NCBI RefSeq assembly: GCF_003367075.2
Contig: NZ_CP065936.1
Location: 2,370,001-2,402,000, forward strand
Length of the DNA: 32,000 nucleotides
Direction: 5' to 3'
Origin: Cylindrospermopsis raciborskii Cr2010
GTDB taxonomy: Bacteria > Cyanobacteriota > Cyanobacteriia > Cyanobacteriales > Nostocaceae
Shown: in pieces, positions 8,531 through 17,298 of the stretch
How the letters are laid out: each line of letters starts with the position of its first letter
Numbering within the stretch: position 1 is the first letter of the stretch
Translations under genes and position numbers: made by a program
The notes under the pieces: model-generated
The model's input: the letters and a program-made list of their open reading frames with translations, nothing else
What the model was told of the DNA's origin: nothing
Database searches by the model: none

Positions 8531-10574
8531 TAATTAGGTTAATGGTTGGACGATCAGCTGCATCAGTGTATTCCGCATCAATGGCAGCAGTAACATGGAA
8601 ACCAGTAGTACCCTTGGGTAATAAATAAACCTCGCCCCCAGCCATGATTATTTGAGTACCAGAGCGAATCACCTGCTCCGCAATTTCCGCTGTTTTATCC
8701 CGAGCGCGAATATTGTCCCCATCTCGGTTGGTTGTAGCAGCTGCAAAAGCCGCAGTTCCAGGCTCACCAATGTGACCAGACTGAATTAGGGCTGTTGCTT
8801 TACCAGAGGCGATCGCCTCTTCTAGGATGGTGTAGCCAACTTTACCAGAAGCCGGGGTAACAATGGAATTATCTTCATTTAGTCCAAAGGACTCATTAAA
8901 CACCTTGACACCATTAGCATGGGTAACAGCTCCTGCATTAGAGGTTCCCGTGAGTTGGTTTTCCATGTGACCGAGGTAAACTCCAGCGTGGGACATTTTA
9001 TCCCAGTTGAGTCTGCCATCTGGTCCCAAATCAACGTTTCGCAGGGCCATGAAGTGAGAAGGGCTAGTACCATCCGGATGAATAAATATCACATTCCCCG
9101 TTGGTTTTGTAGCAGCAGGAGCGGCCAAGTTATTATCAGCAGGATTACGAGCCGTCAGTTCTTTTTCAAACAAGGTCTCGTACATCAACTCATAGATTTT
9201 GGTGTTATCTAAAGTGGGCGGTAACCTATCTGCATTTAGACCATGGGCTTTGGAGATAATGGAACCACTAAAATCAGGAAGACCCGCCCAAGCAACACCA
9301 AAGTTAAAAAGATCACCATCAGCATCGGGAGCGGACACAAATGGAGGACTAGCTACTCCTGTTCGACCATCCATTGGTACGTTTCGTGCTGAAGTGCTGT
9401 CAATGGGGTTATTGTTAATATTGCCTACATTACCAGTTCCCAGAGGATCACGGATTTGCAGACCACCGGCATCACTATCTGCAGCGGTAATAATCAGCGT
9501 ATTTTCATACTTTTTAACAAAGTCCATAGCCACCCCAATAGCCGCATCAGTACGACGCAGAGCTTCCAGGGTTCCAGAAGCATTGTTATTATTACCAAAG
9601 TTGTCTGTTCCTTCCTCTTCCAGAATGGTAATGGATCCCTTACTGAAGTTGGGATGACGTTCCATCAACTTTTGGGTTACATCCAACATCTCCCCAATGG
9701 TAGGAGCTGTTGGTGAATATAAGGGGAGGTTCTGTCCTGCTAATACTTCTTCAGCTCGGTCATTGAAAGTGTGAACGATTGCGAAAACACCTAATACCTT
9801 AGTCGGGGGTGTGGGTAGAGTAAGTAAAGAGTTAAGTTGGTCTTTGTTGTAAACAACCGTATAGCCCAGAGTTTTAGCTTTCTCTATCAGGTTTTCCGTG
9901 GGGCGCTGTAAAGAATTTGTACTTACAGCATCAAGCTGTGCCGCAGTACCATGAAATCCATTGGTTCCCACGGGTAATAGGTTTAATTCCCCACCACCCA
10001 TAATGAAATCCACACCGGAGTCAATTACCTGTTTAGCGATTTCTGCAGCTTGAGCCCGGGGTACTATGCGGGAACCATCAGGATTAACAATTTCCTTTGT
10101 TTTGGCGACAAAGGCCGCAGTTCCCGGTTCATAAATGGCACCAGATTGAACTAGAGCAGTTACCTTACCAGCATCCCGAGCTGCTTCTACAATGGTTTTA
10201 TTACTACCATCCAGAGAAACAATCGGAGTGTTTCCCGCTTCAAAACCAAAGGACTCTGCATAGGCCTTGGCTCCTGTTGCATGGGTGACTGCTCCTGAAT
10301 TGGAGGTTCCACCCAGTTGATCTTCCATGTGACCAAGATATACTCCGGTCTTTTCTAGGTTGTCCCAGTTTAATCTTCCATCAGGACCTTTGTCTAAAAA
10401 GCGAGCAAAAGCGAAGTGAGAAGGACTAGTTCCATCCGGGTGAATGAAAATAACGTGGTTTCCAGCCATATTTTTAGATCAACTCCTAATCAAATAGAGT
10501 CTAAAAGATTTAACCGAATAAATTTTTAACCCATATTTATCTTGATGAATTATTGTTAAATCGCGTTTATTTTT

Positions 10575-10604
10575 AGATTAAGAGTAAATGAACTAAAGGT
10601 TAAA
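10575..10604 (-). promoter_or_regulatory. Candidate Pho box (three 8-bp units at 11-bp spacing) upstream of the phosphatase gene
   Basis: Read on the minus strand: TTTAACCT (10604-10597), 3 nt, GTTCATTT (10593-10586), 3 nt, CTTAATCT (10582-10575). Units 1 and 3 fit the cyanobacterial PyTTAAPyPy(T/A) Pho-box unit, while the middle unit is weak. It lies 106-135 nt upstream of the ATG at 10469. Confidence 0.3.
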
Positions 10605-10744
10605 AAATAGCAACTCTCCTATAACCATAACATAAAGATGATATATATCATAGATAAAAGTCTATTAGAGTTGTTGGGAAATAATACTAATTGTTTAACC
10701 ATAAATCAGCTATAATTAGGTGAGATTAATGTAAAATATCAGGC

Positions 10745-11485
10745 ATGAAAACACCAAAGGCAGTTATTATTGCGGAAGACGTACATAAATGGTATGGTAA
10801 ATTCCATGTCCTTAAAGGGGTGAGTTTAAGAGTAGATCGAGGACAGGTAGTAGTCTTAATGGGCCCATCCGGGTCAGGAAAGTCAACCTTCATACGTACA
10901 TTTAATGCACTAGAAGCATATCAACAGGGGAGAATAATTATTGATGGTATTACCTTGAGTAGGGATTTAAAAAATATTGAGGCGATCCGCTCAGAAACAG
11001 GGATGGTGTTTCAACAGTTTAACTTATTTCCCCATTTAACCGTCTTACAAAACATCACACTAGCACCCATTTGGGTGCGTAAATTGCCAAAAGTTAAAGC
11101 AGAAGAATTGGCAATGCAGCTGTTAGAAAGAGTGGGAATTTTAGCTCAAGCTAATAAATATCCAGGACAATTATCTGGGGGACAACAACAACGGGTAGCC
11201 ATAGCGCGTGCGTTAGCCATGCAACCGAAAATTATGTTATTTGATGAACCGACATCCGCCCTGGATCCAGAAATGGTGCGGGAGGTTTTAGATGTGATGC
11301 GGAATCTTGCCCGGGAGGGAATGACCATGGTAGTGGTGACCCATGAAGTTGGTTTTGCTAGGGAAGTTGCTGACAGGGTGATTTTTATGGATGAAGGTTA
11401 TTTGGTCGAAGACACAACCCCGGATTTGTTTTTTACTGCACCTAAAGAGGAAAGAACGCGAAAGTTTTTATCACAAATTCTTTAG
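10745..11485 (+). CDS. bgtA: Amino-acid ABC transporter ATP-binding protein (AapP/GlnQ/BgtA type)
   Basis: It has Walker [11 protein letters not shown]-loop, signature [15 protein letters not shown], Walker [15 protein letters not shown] and H-loop VVVTHE. At 246 aa it has the typical polar-amino-acid ATPase length. It is the likely partner of natFGH, which lies 4.8 kb upstream. Confidence 0.85.
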   Translation: MKTPKAVIIAEDVHKWYGKFHVLKGVSLRVDRGQVVVLMGPSGSGKSTFIRTFNALEAYQQGRIIIDGITLSRDLKNIEAIRSETGMVFQQFNLFPHLTVLQNITLAPIWVRKLPKVKAEELAMQLLERVGILAQANKYPGQLSGGQQQRVAIARALAMQPKIMLFDEPTSALDPEMVREVLDVMRNLAREGMTMVVVTHEVGFAREVADRVIFMDEGYLVEDTTPDLFFTAPKEERTRKFLSQIL

Positions 11486-11547
11486 AATACAGTAACCCAA
11501 TTCTCCGGTTTCTCTTCCTAACTTGTTTAGCAAGTTTTAGATGGGCA

Positions 11548-14139
11548 TCATTCCTGCTTACCAACTATCTTGGATTTGGCTTCTAAATTCTCCAGACGGC
11601 TTCTTAACTCCTGATTTTGTTGTTTGAGCTGGTCTAATTCTTCACGCATGTGACGGAGACTTTTTTCCGGTCCAATGTGCTTTTGAACTTTCGGAATTTC
11701 TTCCTGTGCATAGCGTCTGACCCTTCCATCAGAGGTTTGATCAGCTAGACTTTGTAAAATGCCAATTGCTTTTGGTGTTTCCATTTTTCCTAAGGCGGTG
11801 ATTACAGCGATTTGGGTTAAAAAGAATGTCTCCTTAGCTATTTCTCCTAATTGACCTAAAATTCGTTCTAGATTGGCTGAACTTTGACCTAGGGAAATTT
11901 TACCCAAAGCTCTAATAGCAGATAATCGCAATGCTTGAGAAACCCCTAGTTTGCTGTATTCCAAGACTAAATTTAAGGCAGCTTCTGATGTCTTAAATTG
12001 TGATAATCCAGCAATTGCACCACTTCTAACTATTTCATTCCAACCTGCTCTTGATTGTAAAACAGATGCCAATAAGTTAATTGTAGTGTCTTCATCAATG
12101 TTTTCATCTAGGTTAGTAGCACTAATTAATCCCAAACTTTGACAAGCTGCAGCTTCTACATAATAGCTTTGGTCTCCTTTTTCTACCAGCTCTTTCACAG
12201 CTTGATAACTAGAATAGGTTTTGATTTGAGATAGGGACTCAACCACCGCTAATCGCACAAAGGGACTGGTATCTCCCAACCCGGAAACTAAACTATCAAA
12301 GACCTGATCTAGTTTAACTTCTGCCAGGTTTTTGGCAACTTCTGCTCTCACCCCCCAAAAGGGATCGTTTTGTAAGGCGTTGGATAAAGCTTGTACAACC
12401 TCCCAACCACCTTTTTTGGCTAGTGCTTCTGCTGCATAAATACGAGAAACTGGATGGGGGTCACCTTCTAACTGGGCTTTTAGTTCCGGTAGGGGATATT
12501 CCAAAACTACAGTTTTTAAAAAATTATTGCCTACATCAAAACTGATAAAATCTGGTTTTTCTCCCAAAGGAAAGTAAAAACTTTGTTCTCTTTCATTAAT
12601 CCGCACGGTAAAGGTTTTCAGGGGGGATTTTTCTGCTCTATAACCAAAACCAATGGGAATCTTGAGATCAAATAAATCTCTTTCATCACTAGCTTGAGTT
12701 TGAGTTACTGTGAGTTTTGCTAGGTTAACATCTCCATCCCAAAAGTAAGTAATTTTAAAATCCGGATGACCACCACGATAAACGTATTGGTCAAATAAGA
12801 AACTTAAATTTCTCCCTGTCGCTTTTTCTATGGATCGCAATAAATCTATGGTTTCTACGGTTTGGTGGGCATAATCTTGAACAAAGGTGTGAATGGCTTG
12901 CCAAAATAGCTCTTCCCCTAGCTCTGCGCGAATCATGTGATAAACACAGGAACCTTTTTCGTAAATATGGCGATCATACAGTTCTATCGCTTCTCGGTAA
13001 ACATGAGTTACCATGGGACGACGATAACGATGACTGTCTTCATTTAAATAACTACGTGCTTCTAACAAGCGATAGTAGGCTGCTTCCTCCGGTCCGTATT
13101 CATGCTCTGTCCACATCACTTCTGAATAGGAGGCCATCCCTTCCTTAATCCAAGCATGAGACCAGTGTTTAATGACTAATAAGTCACCAAACCATTGATG
13201 CGCCAATTCATGGACAACTAAACTTTCTGTATTACGGTTGTCTAGGAGGGATCTTTCATCTAGCAAGCATCGATCTGTTAGCAGGGTGGTAGAAGTGTTT
13301 TCCATCCCCCCAAAAATGAAGTCATCCACGCACACTTGAGCATATTTGGGATAGGGGTAAATATAACCATAGCTTTGACTTAAAAATTCTACCATGCGAG
13401 GCGTTTTGCCTAAGCTGCGTTCAGCATCTGCTTCTCTCCCTTTCTCTACGTAATAACTGATAGTTTTATCTTGCCACCCCTGTTTTATCTCTGAAAAATC
13501 ACTGACAGCTAAGGTCATTAAATAGGTTGGATGTACTTGTTTTTGGACCCAGTGATAAATTTGATGATTTCCATCCTCTAATGTATCAATTAACTCACCA
13601 TTGGAAATTGCCATCAGAGGTTTGGGCACGCGAATACGAATTTCTGAGGTGGATAACTGTCCTGGATAATCAAAACAGGGAAACCAGTAACGGGAATCTT
13701 CGTCTTCACCTTGAGTCCATACCTGAGTTGGTTTATGGGGGTAGTATTTGTCCGGTTGGATAAAGTAAATTCCTCTTTGGGGCTTTTCTACTGAGTAGGC
13801 GATCGCCAGTAACAGCCTTTTGCCACACTGGGTAGCTTCAGACAAGTAAATATAAAGCTTTTTTCCATCATGTTCAAACTTCTGCTCAATTTCATTGATT
13901 AAGACAGATTTTATTTTCAGGTTGACAGCATCCAATACTAATCTATCAATGTGATTTCGTATTGGTAATAGACTAATGCTACAATCACCAAAACAAATTT
14001 GGTTGGAAATGTCTAAACTCAAATTCAGAAAAATATGCTCTACTTGTCCTGGCTTATCAGGATTATAATGTGGTTTAGCTCCTGGTAGTTCGAAAGATTT
14101 GTATCTTTTTTTGTCTGTATCAAAATGGAATTGCAACAT
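11548..14139 (-). CDS. M1-family zinc aminopeptidase (aminopeptidase N-like) with a C-terminal HEAT-repeat region
   Basis: It has the GGMEN exopeptidase motif and HELAHQWFGD followed by E 19 residues after the second His (HEXXH-X18-E). The C-terminal ~300 aa have HEAT/PBS-lyase-like repeats (DPFWGVRAEVAKNLAE, DTSPFVRLAVVESLSQ) and end in a short coiled coil. Confidence 0.9.
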   Translation of the reverse strand: MLQFHFDTDKKRYKSFELPGAKPHYNPDKPGQVEHIFLNLSLDISNQICFGDCSISLLPIRNHIDRLVLDAVNLKIKSVLINEIEQKFEHDGKKLYIYLSEATQCGKRLLLAIAYSVEKPQRGIYFIQPDKYYPHKPTQVWTQGEDEDSRYWFPCFDYPGQLSTSEIRIRVPKPLMAISNGELIDTLEDGNHQIYHWVQKQVHPTYLMTLAVSDFSEIKQGWQDKTISYYVEKGREADAERSLGKTPRMVEFLSQSYGYIYPYPKYAQVCVDDFIFGGMENTSTTLLTDRCLLDERSLLDNRNTESLVVHELAHQWFGDLLVIKHWSHAWIKEGMASYSEVMWTEHEYGPEEAAYYRLLEARSYLNEDSHRYRRPMVTHVYREAIELYDRHIYEKGSCVYHMIRAELGEELFWQAIHTFVQDYAHQTVETIDLLRSIEKATGRNLSFLFDQYVYRGGHPDFKITYFWDGDVNLAKLTVTQTQASDERDLFDLKIPIGFGYRAEKSPLKTFTVRINEREQSFYFPLGEKPDFISFDVGNNFLKTVVLEYPLPELKAQLEGDPHPVSRIYAAEALAKKGGWEVVQALSNALQNDPFWGVRAEVAKNLAEVKLDQVFDSLVSGLGDTSPFVRLAVVESLSQIKTYSSYQAVKELVEKGDQSYYVEAAACQSLGLISATNLDENIDEDTTINLLASVLQSRAGWNEIVRSGAIAGLSQFKTSEAALNLVLEYSKLGVSQALRLSAIRALGKISLGQSSANLERILGQLGEIAKETFFLTQIAVITALGKMETPKAIGILQSLADQTSDGRVRRYAQEEIPKVQKHIGPEKSLRHMREELDQLKQQNQELRSRLENLEAKSKIVGKQE

Positions 14140-14431
14140 TGTTTATTAATAGCCTTGTCATCCTGAACATTTTCTTCAACAGAATAGATAATGCACCCTG
14201 TTCAAAATTTAACTTGAGCAGTATGGTCTTTGGAATCTGATGATTACAAGCAATCCCCCCATTCTATCACCCAAGTTTCATATATTGGTATCATCTGATA
14301 TTGGGTAATTTGGAATCGTTAACAAAATTTTCCAAAATCATATCCAGATTATCATTAAGCAGATATTAATTAACTCCCAGAAACTTAGTAATGGACTTTG
14401 TTACTATTTAAGATATTTTCAACCCGAGAGG

Positions 14432-16066
14432 ATGATGACAATGGCTAAGAGTAAATCCAAGTTCCTAATTCCCGCTGTTGGCGCTACCATGGTGGTTGCA
14501 GGGAGCATAGCTACATATCTGTACCTAAATTCTTTTACAAGTGAAACTCCGTTAGAGAGTGCTAAATTAATTCCCAGCAACACTTTAATGGTAACCTACT
14601 TCAATACAGATCCACAACTCTGGAGTAAACTGGGTAAATTTGGCACTTCCCAAGCACGACAAATAGTAACTCAACGGTTACAGTCCGTCAATCAAAGTAT
14701 ATTTGAAAACAATATTTCCTATGAAAAGGATATCCAACCCTGGATTGGTGGTGTCACCCTTGCTGTATTACCATCAAACTCTAATGGGAATTTATCTACC
14801 TCAGCACCTAATCTACTAGTGGTTGGCATTAAGGATAAGTTTGGTGCCCTAAATTTTGCTAATAAATTAAGACAGCAAAAGACTCTCAAAACTGAGGAGT
14901 TCAACTACAAGGGGGAGAAAATTATTTCTAGTAATAACAAGGGTAAGTCTAGTTATCTTTGTTTGTTAAACAGTACATATATACTATTATCTGATCAAAA
15001 GGAAACTGTACAAAAAGCTATTGATACTTTTAAAGGTCAACCTTCCTTTGCAAATGCGGAAGCAAGTAAAATTATTCTTTCTCAAACAGTAGATGTAAAA
15101 AATAGTCTAGGTCAAATATATGTACCTGATTATGGTAAGATGATCAAGGAACTAAGTGCGTCAAGTCCGAATGCTGGACCATTACAACCACAAGTTTTGG
15201 AACAAATTAAGCGAGTAAAATCACTAGTAGCCAAGGTTGGGATTGATGATTGGGGACTCAGGTTTAAAGCGGTGGTAAATTTAGATCCTCAACTAAACAA
15301 GTTTGAGTATGAAAGCAGTTCTTCCAAAATACTGGAACTGGTTCCTGGAGATACTATTGGTTTGGTCACAGGGAAAAACATTAATCGCACCTGGCTAACT
15401 TTCTTAGACGAATCAAAAAATGATCCTCAAATTTGGCAAGGGATTCAACAAGTAAAACAACAATTCCAAAACAATGCTAATATTGACCTCAATAAAGACA
15501 TATTTAGCTGGATGGACGGGGAGTTTGCTTGGAGCGCAGTCAAGTCAAATCAAGGACTACTAGCTAATAGTGGGTTTGGTATAGCAATGGTCTTTGATAC
15601 GAGCGATCGCCCGACAGCGGAAACAACCTTAAAGAAACTAGATGACTTAGTCAGAAAGCAGTCATTAACAGTAGCAAAAAGGAACATTAACAATAAAAGC
15701 ATTACGGAGTGGGGGGTTCCGGGTGGAGGGATTTTATTTACCCATGGTTGGTCAGATCAAGATACCGTATTTATGGCGCTTGGGGGTGCGGTGGGGGAGA
15801 AACTGGCTGACAATAAGGGACAAACCATTGACAAAAGCAACAATTTTAAGTCTGTAATTAGTTCCCTAGAAAAACCCAACGGTGGTTATTTCTATCTGGA
15901 TATGGACAAAACCATCCCCATAATCAATAGTATATCAGGTCAACCCCTACCACCAGATACAACTGCCATTTTATCTTCAATTCGCGGTTTTGGGATGACC
16001 TTTCACAACCCCAATAAGTCCACCACTCAACTGGAAATGTTATTGGGATTGAAACCGAGTAGGTAG
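14432..16066 (+). CDS. Conserved hypothetical membrane-anchored or secreted protein (~540 aa, cyanobacterial DUF family)
   Basis: An N-terminal anchor or signal (KSKFLIPAVGATMVVAGSIATYLYL) is followed by a long soluble region with no catalytic motif I recognise. Its size and style match a cyanobacterial DUF I recall as DUF3352 (unverified). Three in-frame ATGs lie at 14432, 14435 and 14441. The GAGAGGA SD favours 14441. Confidence 0.65.
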   Translation: MMTMAKSKSKFLIPAVGATMVVAGSIATYLYLNSFTSETPLESAKLIPSNTLMVTYFNTDPQLWSKLGKFGTSQARQIVTQRLQSVNQSIFENNISYEKDIQPWIGGVTLAVLPSNSNGNLSTSAPNLLVVGIKDKFGALNFANKLRQQKTLKTEEFNYKGEKIISSNNKGKSSYLCLLNSTYILLSDQKETVQKAIDTFKGQPSFANAEASKIILSQTVDVKNSLGQIYVPDYGKMIKELSASSPNAGPLQPQVLEQIKRVKSLVAKVGIDDWGLRFKAVVNLDPQLNKFEYESSSSKILELVPGDTIGLVTGKNINRTWLTFLDESKNDPQIWQGIQQVKQQFQNNANIDLNKDIFSWMDGEFAWSAVKSNQGLLANSGFGIAMVFDTSDRPTAETTLKKLDDLVRKQSLTVAKRNINNKSITEWGVPGGGILFTHGWSDQDTVFMALGGAVGEKLADNKGQTIDKSNNFKSVISSLEKPNGGYFYLDMDKTIPIINSISGQPLPPDTTAILSSIRGFGMTFHNPNKSTTQLEMLLGLKPSR

Positions 16067-16111
16067 GAAGCATACAATCGTAAATCAACTGCTCATCATC
16101 TAACCATCCAC

Positions 16112-17035
16112 ATGACTACTGCTATCAAACCCGATTTAACTTCAAACTTGGTCAATAGGGTACTTTCCATTAAGCCCTTATTTGATTTTGCTAAACACCA
16201 AGCAAGAGAAATGATGATTAAACGGGCCCAAAAAATAGGTATAAATTGGCATCAAGAAGTGGAAAAGTTGCAAGCACGAGACTGGAGCAATGATCTGGCC
16301 CAAGTGCAAGATCCTCAACTTACCTATCCAGACTACTATCTTACCTCATTTCACGCATACGAAACGGGTAATATGAGTTGGCAAGCTGCTTTTGAGGTAG
16401 AATCTGCTGCTTATGCAGTTCATGCAAAGGTTTGGCCAGATTTTCTTCCTGACGGAGATGCCAAACTTAGACAAAGCTACCACCATATCCTGAAAACCTT
16501 GATCCCCGACACACCAAAGGATATTTTAGACCTAGGTTGCAGTGTGGGAATGAGTACCTTTGCTTTACAAGCAATTTATCCCCAAAGCCAAATTACGGGT
16601 TTGGACTTATCTCCCTATTTTTTAGCTGTTGCTAATTATCGTTCTCAAAAAAGTCCTCAATATCAAAATTCCATTAATTGGCTTCATGCAGCAGCGGAGT
16701 CTACAGGAATGCCAGATAATTCCTATGATCTGGTTTCTATTTTTCTAATGTGTCATGAATTACCCCAGTCTGCTACTCAAAAGATCTTTGTGGAAGCAAG
16801 ACGGGTTTTACGTCCAGGTGGTCATTTGACCATTATGGACATGAATCCCCAATCAGAGATTTACAAAAAAATGCCCACTTATGTTTTTACCTTGCTAAAA
16901 AGTACAGAACCCTATTTAGATGATTACTTTACCCTAGATATGGAGAAATCATTGATAGATGCTGGTTTTAAAACTCCAACTATGACTAGCAATAGTCCTA
17001 GGCACAGAACTGTTATTGCTCAAGTAATCAAGTAA
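16112..17035 (+). CDS. Class I SAM-dependent methyltransferase
   Basis: Motif I is ILDLGCSVGMST, with an acidic residue after beta-2 (ITGLDLS), and the motif post-I/II region is YDLVSIFLMCHELP...LRPGGHLTIMD. I cannot infer the substrate. Confidence 0.8.
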   Translation: MTTAIKPDLTSNLVNRVLSIKPLFDFAKHQAREMMIKRAQKIGINWHQEVEKLQARDWSNDLAQVQDPQLTYPDYYLTSFHAYETGNMSWQAAFEVESAAYAVHAKVWPDFLPDGDAKLRQSYHHILKTLIPDTPKDILDLGCSVGMSTFALQAIYPQSQITGLDLSPYFLAVANYRSQKSPQYQNSINWLHAAAESTGMPDNSYDLVSIFLMCHELPQSATQKIFVEARRVLRPGGHLTIMDMNPQSEIYKKMPTYVFTLLKSTEPYLDDYFTLDMEKSLIDAGFKTPTMTSNSPRHRTVIAQVIK

Positions 17036-17298
17036 TGACCCGCTCTGTGAACAACAACCCTCATATATGGATTACGGGGGATTTATTGACAGGTAAAAAA
17101 GTATCAAAGAACCCTGAAATAACCCCCGGATTCGAAGTAATCTCCCTATTAAATCCCTCTTTTCACCACTTCCAAAGGACTGCTCAGAAATATCCAGAGG
17201 ATGGGGGTAAAAAGGGGTATATCAATGTATCAACTTACCAGGTGTTTATATGACTACCAAATCAAAATCCTACTTAAACGCACTAAAAAACCCCGGAT

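Larger units (their letters stand above)
6031..10469 (-). pseudogene. Tandem alkaline-phosphatase-superfamily (two AP-like domains) plus RTX/hemolysin-type Ca-binding repeat protein, disrupted by an IS630-family insertion
   Basis: ORF-track pieces 8514-10469 (651 aa) and 6031-7533 (500 aa) are two halves of one gene. Domain 1 (GNHVIFIHPDGTSPSHF...EEEGTDNFGNNNNASGTLEALRRTDAAIGVAMDF...ITAADSDAGG) repeats from aa ~458 (GNVIFIHPDGTSPSHF...). The repeat continues after the IS (...VVIEEEGTDNFANNNNAVGTIEALRRADAAIGVAMDY...ITAADSDAGG). The C-terminus carries GGxGxD nonapeptide repeats (GGSGNDIFY, GGTGNDTFH, GGDGDDRFF, GGAGVDQFW). Removing 7484-8530 plus one TA restores a continuous 1129-codon frame. 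Confidence 0.9.

Noticed and set aside
17035-17253. A 72-aa ORF whose ATG overlaps the methyltransferase stop (TAATG).
   Set aside because: The stop/start overlap hints at coupling. However, the sequence has no recognisable domain, no hydrophobic or structured pattern, and sits where the hydrolase promoter should be. I cannot support it without conservation or expression data.
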